The position numbers and the translations under genes were made by a program. Of a stretch of DNA of 64,000 nt, positions 8,041-17,263 are shown piece by piece (positions within the stretch are counted from its first letter, which is position 1; the number at the start of each line of letters is the position of its first letter). Origin of the DNA: Flavobacteriaceae bacterium. GTDB taxonomy: Bacteria > Bacteroidota > Bacteroidia > Flavobacteriales > Flavobacteriaceae. The stretch covers positions 10,599 to 74,598 of the forward strand of contig CANGCT010000001.1 of NCBI GenBank assembly GCA_947452415.1. Direction: 5' to 3'. Below the pieces are notes generated by a model. The model saw only the letters and a list, made by a program, of their open reading frames with translations, had not been told where the DNA came from and did not search any database.

Positions 8041-8697
8041 TTATTGGCCTGAAGCAGTTACAAATTCAGATGCAGCAAAACCTGCAATTGCACCAAAAGG
8101 ACCTGATTCAAAGAACATTAATCCGACCACAAGGTCTGCAATTCTTGATCGTATAGGATTTGCTTTATTATATGAGTTTGGGTTTGTTGTCCAAAATACA
8201 TCAGAACTCTTTAGCAAAGATTTTCCTGCGGTTAAACTATTTACATCATTTACATTTAAGCCTTTGTTTTTTAAAGCATTATCAAATTCATTTAATGCTT
8301 CATTAACAGTAAGATTGTCTGAAATAATTTTGTCGATAACTTTTGCAGATGCAAAAGAAAGTTTGTTGTTTTTTATATACTCTTGTTTGTTTGTTTTCCA
8401 AATAGTTATGCAATCTTCGTAACTAAATTTACCATAAACATGACCTTTGTAAATTTTATGCAACTCCTTCAAATCAATATTTGAAAACAAGTTAGGGTAT
8501 TTAATTGCCATTTGATTTGTAACAAAATCCAAAATTCCATTTATATCTTTTTTAACCCATTCTGATTTACTAGATTTTAATAATTCCAAGCCTTCATTGT
8601 GATAAAAACCAAAATCTTCTGGTTTAATTTGATTTTGTGCAATTGCAGTAAAACCAAATATAGTCGAGGCAATTAAGCCGAATAATAATTTTTTCAT
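8041..8697 (-). CDS. Secreted hypothetical protein with a hydrophobic Gly/Ala-rich C-terminal tail
   Basis: Signal peptide MKKLLFGLIA...AIA-Q; GxxHNxGL and SxxFW motifs; tail ADLVVGLMFFESGPFGAIAGFAASEF. Confidence 0.8.
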   Translation of the reverse strand: MKKLLFGLIASTIFGFTAIAQNQIKPEDFGFYHNEGLELLKSSKSEWVKKDINGILDFVTNQMAIKYPNLFSNIDLKELHKIYKGHVYGKFSYEDCITIWKTNKQEYIKNNKLSFASAKVIDKIISDNLTVNEALNEFDNALKNKGLNVNDVNSLTAGKSLLKSSDVFWTTNPNSYNKANPIRSRIADLVVGLMFFESGPFGAIAGFAASEFVTASGQ

Positions 8698-9147
8698 AAT
8701 CGATATTTTACCTTATTATTAATTCGGACTACCGAAAGGACGATAACTTTAGGTACAATTTTAGTTTTAAGTTAAATGTACCGCCCCGTTGGTTTACTCA
8801 TTTTTTATTCTTTACTAATCTTTCGTATTTCCTTGAATGAATTCTATTGTATCTTCAAGCGAGCGTCTTTTTAGTACGATTTTCAAAATTTTCTGCCAAC
8901 TTGTATATATACGATAATAATTCGACAAAAAGTATTTAAGTGTCGTCTAAAATAATATTTATTTTTAAATAAAACAAATATTCTTTACTATCGAGATGAA
9001 TTTTGGAGTAGTAATTATATAAATAATAAGATGTAAGATGCTTTTTGAGTCAGTTATAAAAAAGGGAAAGAAGTGTTTTACTTCCAACGAATTATATAAT
9101 AAATAATTTCTTTTGAAACTTTTATTTCACAAAAGGCATAAACTTTT

Positions 9148-9274
9148 TAGCCTTGACAGAAGTGGAAATCCTGGCATTGCAATTAATGATATGTTGTTGG
9201 ATTGTTGCAGCCTTGCAATGACAGATTGCTAAGGATGGCAGGAATTACGTTTGCTAAAATGCCCAAACATTCGC
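9148..9274 (+). repeat. Palindromic repeat, Flavo-1-like family
   Basis: TAGCCTTGACAGAAGTGGAAATCC...hairpin...GCAGGAATT...AAAATGCCCAAACATTCGC; ends shared with the 22101 copy. Confidence 0.7.
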
Positions 9275-9285
9275 TTTAAAAAAAC

Positions 9286-9315
9286 AAAAAAACCGCAACA
9301 TTACTGCTGCGGTTT
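9286..9315 (-). terminator. Intrinsic terminator of the DUF4136 gene
   Basis: aaaaaaaccgca...tgcggttt hairpin with a U tract on the minus strand. Confidence 0.75.
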
Positions 9316-9377
9316 GAAATATTATTTGGCTTTGTATTTACAATAGTGTAAACTGCCAACTGAAAACGGAACACTGC

Positions 9378-9908
9378 CTACTTCTTAACTGGAGGATATT
9401 GCAATAAAATTCTATCTACAAATTCTTTAATACGGGCGTCTTTTTGTTCGGTGTCTTTGGTTAGATAGCCGCTTCCTTCGCCTTGCCACACTAATTCTTT
9501 GGTTTTAGCATCGACTAAATCAATGTATAAAGTGCCTTCGGGAGTGACGTAGGTGGAACTGTACCCCATACCCATGTAAGGGCTCCATCCCCAACCGAAT
9601 CCCCAGCCAAAACCGGCATTGTTGTAGATGTCTACTCGTTGGTTTTCTTTGGTAAAAATGCTAATTAGTAAATCGGGAGTTTCGCTTTTGGTGAATCCTT
9701 TGGTTGCAAGAGCATCGTCTATAGAATGCAAAATTCGCTTCTTGTCTAAGTCGGAAATTTCTACTTTGTCTACGGCACTTTTTAAGTAGGCATAGGTTTT
9801 GTAACTTGAAAAATTAGCCTTTTTGTCGTAATCGGCATTTACTCTAACCGAATTGCAAGATGCCAAAACGAAGAGCAGAAGTACGGGGATAAATTTTAGT
9901 TTTTTCAT
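9378..9908 (-). CDS. DUF4136-family lipoprotein
   Basis: Lipobox LASC; DYDKKANFSSYKTY, EGTLYIDLVDAKTKELVWQG. Confidence 0.9.
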   Translation of the reverse strand: MKKLKFIPVLLLFVLASCNSVRVNADYDKKANFSSYKTYAYLKSAVDKVEISDLDKKRILHSIDDALATKGFTKSETPDLLISIFTKENQRVDIYNNAGFGWGFGWGWSPYMGMGYSSTYVTPEGTLYIDLVDAKTKELVWQGEGSGYLTKDTEQKDARIKEFVDRILLQYPPVKK

Positions 9909-10008
9909 AGCTTTGTAATTTTTTTGTTTAATAAGTTTAAAGTTGTTTAAAATTGTTTGACTTGAGGTGCGTTTTTTTTTAAACCCTTAAACCTAAAACA
10001 ATTTTAAA

Positions 10009-11985
10009 CTAAAATAAATTTTCATCAACTAAATTAGGGATGGTAATTTTTAATAAAGGTTGCGCGTCCATTGCTCTTTTTATTGCAAAAATTGCTCCTT
10101 CGTTTCGCGCCCAACTTCTTCTTGAAATTCCGTTGTTTACATCCCAGAACAGCATCGATTCCAAACGTTTAGATGCTTCTTTAGATCCATCAAGAACCAT
10201 ACCAAAACCACCATTAATTACTTCGCCCCAACCAACGCCACCACCATTGTGAATAGACACCCATGTTGCTCCACGGAAACTATCGCCAATGACATTTTGT
10301 ATTGCCATATCGGCAGTAAAACGGGAGCCATCATAAATATTGGAAGTTTCTCTGTAAGGAGAATCGGTTCCGGAAACATCGTGGTGATCACGGCCTAAAA
10401 TAATATAGCCAATTTCACCACGCGCTATGGCTTGGTTAAAAGCTTCTGCTATTTTAATGCGGCCTTCGGCATCGGCATAAAGAATTCGTGCTTGCGACCC
10501 AACGACCAATTTATTTTCTTGGGCTCCTTTTATCCATTGGATATTATCGGCCATTTGTTGCTGGATTTCTAAGGGTGAATTCTGCATCATTTCTTCCAAA
10601 ACATCGCAAGCAATTTTGTCGGTTTTGGCTAAATCTTCCGGATTTCCAGAAGCGCAAACCCAACGGAAAGGGCCAAATCCATAATCAAAACACATAGGTC
10701 CCATGATGTCTTGCACGTAACTGTTGTATTTAAAATCGATATGATTTTCGGCAAATACATCGGCGCCTGCACGGGATGCTTCTAATAAAAAAGCATTTCC
10801 ATAGTCGAAGAAATAGGTTCCTTTTTCGGTATGTTTATTAATTGCAGCGGCATGACGACGAAGTGTTTTTTGCACTTCTTCTTTGAATTTATCTGGATTA
10901 TTAGCCATCAATTCATTCGATTCTTCAAAGGTATGTCCGATAGGGTAATATCCTCCAGCCCATGGATTGTGCAGTGAAGTTTGATCGGAACCCAAATCGA
11001 TGTGCAGATTTTCTTGATCGAAACGTTCCCAAATATCTACCACGTTACCGAGGTAAGCGATGGAAACAATTTCTTTATTTTCAAGTGCTTTTTTAACTCT
11101 AGGCACTAAATCTTCAATATGTTCTACCACTTCATTTATCCATCCTTGCGAATGTCTAATGTGGGTTATTTTCGGATTTACTTCGGCACAAACCGTTACA
11201 CAACCAGCAATATTACCTGCTTTTGGTTGCGCACCTGACATTCCGCCAAGTCCAGAAGTTACAAATAAACCTCCTGTTGGGGATTTTTTTATTTTTCGGA
11301 AACCATTCAAAACAGTTATTGTAGTTCCGTGAACAATTCCTTGAGGACCTATATACATATAACTTCCAGCCGTCATTTGTCCGTATTGGGAAACACCTAA
11401 TGCATTCATTTTTTCCCAATCATCGGGCTTGGAATAATTTGGAATAACCATTCCGTTAGTGACAACAACTCTTGGAGCCTCTTTGTGGGATGGAAACAAC
11501 CCCATTGGATGTCCAGAATACATGGCCAAGGTTTGTTCTTCGGTCATTTCTGCTAGATATTTCATGGTCAAGCGGTATTGCGCCCAATTTTGAAATACCG
11601 CCCCATTTCCGCCATAGGTTATCAATTCATGTGGATGTTGTGCTACGGCATGATCCAAATTATTTTGAATCATCAGCATGATGGCTTTTGCTTGTTCGCA
11701 TTTTCCAGGATATTCCTGAATTGGTCGGGCATATATTTTGTAATCAGGTCGAAAACGGTACATATAAATACGACCATACGTTTCTAGTTCTGCTTTAAAT
11801 TCCTGAAGTAGTGTTGCGTGATGTTCTGCTTCAAAATAGCGTAAGGCATTCTTTAACGCTAATTTTTTTTCTTCCGTTGAAAGAATTTCCTTGCGTTTAG
11901 GTGCGTGATTTATTTCGGTTTCATAAGGTTTTACATTCGGTAATTCGGATGGAATTCCTTGTAGTATTTGTTCTTGAAAAGTCAT
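10009..11985 (-). CDS. hutU: Urocanate hydratase (long Bacteroidota type)
   Basis: ELITYGGNG, YGQMTAGS, GLGGMSGAQPKA, SDQTSLHNP, GRDHHD, HNGGGVGWG. Confidence 0.97.
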   Translation of the reverse strand: MTFQEQILQGIPSELPNVKPYETEINHAPKRKEILSTEEKKLALKNALRYFEAEHHATLLQEFKAELETYGRIYMYRFRPDYKIYARPIQEYPGKCEQAKAIMLMIQNNLDHAVAQHPHELITYGGNGAVFQNWAQYRLTMKYLAEMTEEQTLAMYSGHPMGLFPSHKEAPRVVVTNGMVIPNYSKPDDWEKMNALGVSQYGQMTAGSYMYIGPQGIVHGTTITVLNGFRKIKKSPTGGLFVTSGLGGMSGAQPKAGNIAGCVTVCAEVNPKITHIRHSQGWINEVVEHIEDLVPRVKKALENKEIVSIAYLGNVVDIWERFDQENLHIDLGSDQTSLHNPWAGGYYPIGHTFEESNELMANNPDKFKEEVQKTLRRHAAAINKHTEKGTYFFDYGNAFLLEASRAGADVFAENHIDFKYNSYVQDIMGPMCFDYGFGPFRWVCASGNPEDLAKTDKIACDVLEEMMQNSPLEIQQQMADNIQWIKGAQENKLVVGSQARILYADAEGRIKIAEAFNQAIARGEIGYIILGRDHHDVSGTDSPYRETSNIYDGSRFTADMAIQNVIGDSFRGATWVSIHNGGGVGWGEVINGGFGMVLDGSKEASKRLESMLFWDVNNGISRRSWARNEGAIFAIKRAMDAQPLLKITIPNLVDENLF

Positions 11986-12081
11986 TTCTTGAGAGTTTAT
12001 ATGTTTATGAGTTTATAAGTTTAGATTGAAAATCTAAGTAACTAATTAACTCGTTTTTTGCTAATTACTAATTACTAGTGA

Positions 12082-12264
12082 CTAATTACTTTTTTTAATA
12101 GTCCCCGTTTTTTTATCAAAGCCATACGGGCAATGGCGGCAGCCACTTCGGCAACAGTGTCCTCGTTTTAAATGGTATTTTTCGGTGAAACAGCGGTAAC
12201 CTTCCGGGGTGATGTAATAATCTTCGCCTTCAATTAATTTATTTTCCTTTTTATCTTCAAACAT
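12082..12264 (-). CDS. DUF5522-like small Cys/His-rich protein
   Basis: FTEKYHLKRGHCCRSGCRHCPY. Confidence 0.85.
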   Translation of the reverse strand: MFEDKKENKLIEGEDYYITPEGYRCFTEKYHLKRGHCCRSGCRHCPYGFDKKTGTIKKSN

Positions 12265-12292
12265 AACTACAAATTTAGCAACTTTGTAGTAT
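12265..12292. promoter_or_regulatory. Back-to-back Bacteroidota -7 elements in a 28-bp divergent spacer
   Basis: TAAATTTG on minus (12270-12277) and CAACTTTG on plus (12279-12286), 5-6 nt from each ATG. Confidence 0.6.
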
Positions 12293-12619
12293 ATGATAGT
12301 AGTTGTTTTTAAATATTTAACGCCTAAAGGTTTTCGAGGGTTAACTTTATATCCTTTTGTTTTAATTTCTAATGCAAAAGACAGGAACGATAAGGTCTTT
12401 CTTAATCATGAAAAAATTCATATTAGACAACAGTTAGAGTTGTTAGTAGTGCCATTTTACGTTTGGTATATTTTTGAATTTTTGTTTCGATGGATTCAAT
12501 ATAAAGATAGAAAAAAAGCATATTACGCTATTTCATTTGAACGGGAAGCTTATGCAAATGAAAAAGACCTTTACTATTTAAAGAAAAGGTCTTTTTGGGA
12601 TTTTTTAAAGTATGTTTAA
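12293..12619 (+). CDS. Conserved small membrane protein with an HExxH motif
   Basis: LNHEKIHIRQQ, ISFEREAY. Confidence 0.85.
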   Translation: MIVVVFKYLTPKGFRGLTLYPFVLISNAKDRNDKVFLNHEKIHIRQQLELLVVPFYVWYIFEFLFRWIQYKDRKKAYYAISFEREAYANEKDLYYLKKRSFWDFLKYV

Positions 12620-14220
12620 TTTTTTGGTCTTTCTATTAGTTTAGTTTGGGTATCTACTTTTTCATTAATTGGTTTGTCCCATCTTATTTTAGTACCATCC
12701 CACCATATACTTTGTGATGCATCAGTAGTAGTACTATCATTAAACATCACATTGTTCATTTTAGTATCAAAATCATTTGACAATAAATCACTTGGCACTA
12801 TAGGATTTTCCTCTCCTTTAATTTTTGTAATTGCAATCCATGAAATTTTAACATTTGAAATGCCATTGTTATTTTAGTAAATCCAAAAACCTTCTTTTGT
12901 AATGTTATCAATGTAAACGCCGTTTGATTTTCCTTGTGGAGTAGCGGTTATTATTACATCATCTATATTAGAAATAATTTGAGAAAATGATTTTTCAAAA
13001 GCAATAAATATTTTCCCATTATTCAAATTTGTTTTTCCGTTCAACGAAACTTCAGGATGTAATGAAGTATTCATGAAACTTACTACTTTCTTTTGATCAT
13101 TTGTATTAATTAAGAATGCTAAAGGTTTATTGGTGTATCCATTTCCATCAATATATAAACTATAGGTTTCTCCTTTAGTATGAAATCCATACTTCATTCC
13201 TCGAACCCATCCTCCCATTACACCTCCATATATTCCTAAACCAATGTTGGTGTTTTTTTCAAGTGAAGAACTATTTGATATCTTACCAGTTCCTGAACCA
13301 GTGGTATGTGATTGACTAAAACCATATACGGAATAATCAATGCCGCTATTTGAATAATATCCTAAAGCCCCCATTACACCACTATCATATCCAAACACGC
13401 CTCCTGATCGTGCGGTTGTACCCCCACTACCATAAACTCCAAATTTATAAGTTCCAGATGCTGTTGCAGTTCCTTGAACTCCAGACGCACAGTTGCTAAA
13501 TCCTGTTCCAGCTGTTGTTGATAAAAACACACCCCTTGTACCAGTTCCAACACCAGTGCCATTATATTCACCTTGTACACCTCCAAATATTGAATTTCCG
13601 CTTGTAATTTGTCCGTAAACACCACTTCCATTATTGGAAGAATAACCATTTAAAGCCCAAGGAAAAGTTGTATTGCTTACAGCATTTGAAAGGTCACCTG
13701 TTAATGTTGTATTTAATGTGCCAATAAAAAACTCGCCTAATGCACTGAATCTTCCAACCACATTATTATTTGTTCTAATATCTAAATTTTGCGCATCGGT
13801 AGTTCCAATAAAATTAGTTCCAGCAGTTGTTATATTTCCTCCTATTGAACCAGAATTTCCGGTTGTACTCCAGTTTTTTCCTCCATCTCCAGCAATTGAG
13901 TTCCAGGCAGAACCATTCCAATAATAAAAACCAGGCACTACATTGTTTGGAGAAACTCCAGTTGTGGCAGTATTCCAAACTAAAGTTCCTGCAATTGGCA
14001 CACCTCCTCCGTTTGGGTTTACAATTGGTGTAGAAGTGGATCTAGATGTTAATGCTACATTAGGAATTACAATTCCATTGGTTGATGAGCTAATATCTAG
14101 TACACCATTAGGAGTTGCTGTGCCAATTCCTACTTGAGCATAAATAGTAGTTATCCAAAAATAGAAAATGACACTAAAAACACATTCTAATTTCATTAAG
14201 CATAGTTTGTTTTTTTTCAT
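12616..14220 (-). pseudogene. Secreted Gly/Ser/Thr-rich repeat protein interrupted by an in-frame TAA at 12874-12876
   Basis: Signal peptide then QVGIGTATPNGVLDI; the frame continues past the stop (GFWIY*NNNGISNVKISWIAI...) to 12616, joining two ORF-track entries. Confidence 0.75.
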
Positions 14221-14364
14221 AATTAATTTGATTTAGATTATTTTATTTTGAATATTCTATTATTATTTAAGTGAATATTAGAAAACTATTGAAACTAAAT
14301 ATTCAGTTAAAACCTTGTTTTGTCTTACTAAATTTACTAAATTAAATATTAAAAACTACTTTTT

Positions 14365-14393
14365 TCGATAAAACGCATTTTAAAATCGATAAA
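14365..14393. promoter_or_regulatory. TCGATAAA direct repeat at 21-bp period (LytTR-type site geometry)
   Basis: TCGATAAA at 14365 and 14386 in a divergent intergenic region. Confidence 0.55.
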
Positions 14394-14440
14394 TAACAAG
14401 TTTTGTTTTGGTATTTTTTCATTTCAATCTTTTTTTTTCT

Positions 14441-14448
14441 TAAATTTG
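14441..14448 (+). promoter_or_regulatory. Bacteroidota sigma-A -7 element
   Basis: TAAATTTG 23 bp upstream of the ATG at 14472. Confidence 0.65.
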
Positions 14449-14471
14449 TATGTATTATATAATTTATCATT

Positions 14472-16277
14472 ATGAAATTATTAAAATTTTTATCCGTTTT
14501 TTTATTGGCAACTATTTCAATAAATGCCCAAATATTTGTTAAGGATAACTCCTTTATTTATAACAAAGGAAGTGTGGTGTATGCAAAAGGTAGTGTGGAA
14601 TTAAATGGTGCCAATAGTAATTTCTATTTAAGAAATGAAGGACAATTAATTCAAGGCACCACTTCGAGTTCTACAAATAAGGGCATTGGTAAATTATCTG
14701 TTTTTCAAGAAGGCACTTCTAATAATTATGCTTATAATTATTGGTGTTCTCCTATTGGAAATGCCTCTACTACTATTGGGAATGAAGATTTTGGAATTAC
14801 AATGTTGTCTGTTCCTACAACTACTATTTCTAGTGCGCCTGCTGCAATATTAGCAAATAACAACTACGATGGAGTTTCAGCAACGGGTTCTTTGGCTATT
14901 GCGCCTTATTGGATTTGGAAATACCAATCGGGAACTACTTTTCCAGAATGGATTCAAGCAGGTTCTAGTTCTACTATTTCTGCTGGACAAGGATTTACAA
15001 TGAAAGGAACTAGCGGCACAGATGCTACTAATGTTGGAGAAATTGCCGTCAATAATCCGGGAAGTGCCCAGCGTTATGATTTTAGAGGAAAACCAAACGA
15101 CGGAAATATTACAGTTAATGTCGCTCCTTCAAGCACAACATTAACTGGAAATCCATACCCATCTGCAATGAATGTACAAAATTTTCTATTAGATGCTTCT
15201 AATAATGCTTGTACAGGAATTGCCTATTATTGGGAATCCGACAAATCGTCTAATTCCCATTTAATGGTTGTTGCTAGAGGTGGATATGGGACGTATTCTC
15301 CTGGCATTGGACCTGATGGAATTTATGCCCCAGCAACTTATTATAATTATAATATTGGTGGAAGCCAAAATACATCTATTTCTGGAACACCTTCCGTATT
15401 AAATATAAAACGAAAATTTGCACCTATTGGTCAAGGGTTTATTATTGAAGGCAGTGCAACAGCAGGATCAGTAACTATAAAAAATAGCTATCGATCATTT
15501 AAAAAAGAAAGTATTTCAAGCGATTTAACCGGTTTTGAAAAAAATGCAAATCTGGCACTTACAAATTCTATTATAGATGCTAGTGAGGCGTCTCAGTTGC
15601 GTCTTTCAATTTTGTTGAACAATCAATACAACAGACAAATTGTGCTTGGTTTTCAAGACAATGCAACTGATGGTGTGGATAGAGGAATGGATGCTAAGAG
15701 TCCCGATGGTAATGATTTGCCAAATGATTCTTACTTTTTCTTAGATAATAATCAGTACGTAATTCAAGGAATACAATTTGATGTAAATAAAAGAGTGCCG
15801 CTTGGGGTTAAGATGAGTGATGCTGGTTCCATTACTTTTAAAATGCCTTTTACAGTTAATTTTGATGAAAATCAACCCGTCTTTATCTATGATTCTTTAG
15901 ATGATACTTACCATAATTTAAGAGAAAGTGATTATGAAATTACTATGCCTGCTGGAGTTTTTAATAATCGATTCGAAATTACTTTTGTAAATTTGGCTTT
16001 AGCGACAAGCAGTTCTAATATAGAATCGGTTGCAATTGTTCAAAATAATTACAGTCAAATGCTTTCTATTTCTAATCCAAATAATTTACATCTCCAAGAA
16101 GTATCACTATATGATATTTTGGGTAAGATAGTTGATAATCATGAAAATTTAGATTATAAAATGCTTTATAAATATTCTACTTCCTCTATGAGTGATGGAA
16201 TTTATATTGTAAAAATTAAAACTTTTGACGGAGTTAGTAGGTCTCAGAAAATACTAATAAAAAATAAAAAAGAATAG
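14472..16277 (+). CDS. T9SS type A CTD cargo protein
   Basis: Signal peptide; YNYWCSP and GNPYPS motifs; CTD YDILGKIV...SDGIYIVKIKT...QKILIK. Confidence 0.9.
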   Translation: MKLLKFLSVFLLATISINAQIFVKDNSFIYNKGSVVYAKGSVELNGANSNFYLRNEGQLIQGTTSSSTNKGIGKLSVFQEGTSNNYAYNYWCSPIGNASTTIGNEDFGITMLSVPTTTISSAPAAILANNNYDGVSATGSLAIAPYWIWKYQSGTTFPEWIQAGSSSTISAGQGFTMKGTSGTDATNVGEIAVNNPGSAQRYDFRGKPNDGNITVNVAPSSTTLTGNPYPSAMNVQNFLLDASNNACTGIAYYWESDKSSNSHLMVVARGGYGTYSPGIGPDGIYAPATYYNYNIGGSQNTSISGTPSVLNIKRKFAPIGQGFIIEGSATAGSVTIKNSYRSFKKESISSDLTGFEKNANLALTNSIIDASEASQLRLSILLNNQYNRQIVLGFQDNATDGVDRGMDAKSPDGNDLPNDSYFFLDNNQYVIQGIQFDVNKRVPLGVKMSDAGSITFKMPFTVNFDENQPVFIYDSLDDTYHNLRESDYEITMPAGVFNNRFEITFVNLALATSSSNIESVAIVQNNYSQMLSISNPNNLHLQEVSLYDILGKIVDNHENLDYKMLYKYSTSSMSDGIYIVKIKTFDGVSRSQKILIKNKKE

Positions 16278-16289
16278 ATTCAAAATGTT

Positions 16290-16320
16290 AAAGGTATTCC
16301 TAAAAGGAGTACCTTTTTTT
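16290..16320 (+). terminator. Intrinsic terminator
   Basis: aaaggtattcc-taaaa-ggagtacc followed by a T run. Confidence 0.8.
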
Positions 16321-16360
16321 AGTGAAATAGACTTTAAGATTCTTAACTTTGCAAAAAAAA

Positions 16361-17263
16361 TTGGAAATTCCAACCCAAGAAATAAAAATTGTCAATTCTA
16401 CCGTGAAAGTATTTATTCGTCGGGAAGATTTAATTCATCCTTTTATTTCAGGAAATAAATTTCGAAAACTCAAATACAATTTATTGCAAGCAACTAAAGA
16501 AAATCATAATACTCTCTTGACTTTTGGAGGAGCTTATTCCAATCATATTGCTGCAACAGCCTTTGCTGGAAAAGAAAAAGGCTTTCAAACAATTGGAATT
16601 ATTAGAGGTGACGAACTAGCATCTAAAATTGAGGAAAACCCAACATTAAAATTTGCTCAAGAATGTGGTATGAAATTTGAATTCGTGTCTAGAGAAGAAT
16701 ATCGATTGAAGGATACGGCAGATTTTATACCTAATTTAAAAGAAAAACACGGTGCTTTTTATTTAGTTCCTGAAGGTGGAACTAATGCTTTTGCTATAAC
16801 TGGATGCGAGGAAATTCTTACAAACGAAGATGCTATTTATGATTTTATCTGTTGTGCCGTTGGAACGGGTGGAACTATTGCAGGAATATGTAACAGCGCC
16901 TCGGCAAAGCAAAAAGTTTTAGGTTTTCCTTCGTTAAAAGGAGACTTTTTAAAGAAAGATATTTGTAATTTTGCAAAGAAAGATAATTTTAGTTTAATCT
17001 CTGATTATCATTTTGGAGGTTACGGAAAAGTCAAAGAGGAATTAATTACGTTTATAAATTCATTTTATAAAGAAAATAAAATTCCTTTGGATCCAATTTA
17101 TACTGGAAAGATGGTTTTTGGTGTTTTAGATTTAATAAAGAAAAATTATTTTCCTGAAAACTCTAAAATTCTTATCATTCATACTGGAGGAATTCAAGGA
17201 GTAGCAGGTATGAATTTGAAATTAAAAAACAAAAAATTACAAACGATACAATTAAATGATTAA
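16361..17263 (+). CDS. ACC deaminase/D-cysteine desulfhydrase family PLP enzyme
   Basis: SGNKFRKLKY, TFGGAYSNH, GTGGT, LDPIYTGK, HTGG. The TTG at 16349 lies inside a TAACTTTG promoter element, so the start is placed at TTG 16361 (uncertain). Confidence 0.88.
   Translation: MEIPTQEIKIVNSTVKVFIRREDLIHPFISGNKFRKLKYNLLQATKENHNTLLTFGGAYSNHIAATAFAGKEKGFQTIGIIRGDELASKIEENPTLKFAQECGMKFEFVSREEYRLKDTADFIPNLKEKHGAFYLVPEGGTNAFAITGCEEILTNEDAIYDFICCAVGTGGTIAGICNSASAKQKVLGFPSLKGDFLKKDICNFAKKDNFSLISDYHFGGYGKVKEELITFINSFYKENKIPLDPIYTGKMVFGVLDLIKKNYFPENSKILIIHTGGIQGVAGMNLKLKNKKLQTIQLND

Noticed and set aside
6582-9300. Prophage or IS element
   Set aside because: No integrase, transposase or phage genes; only short repeats and decayed genes.
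12616-12798. Independent 60-aa gene
   Set aside because: In frame with 12874-14220; better explained as the part after the premature stop.
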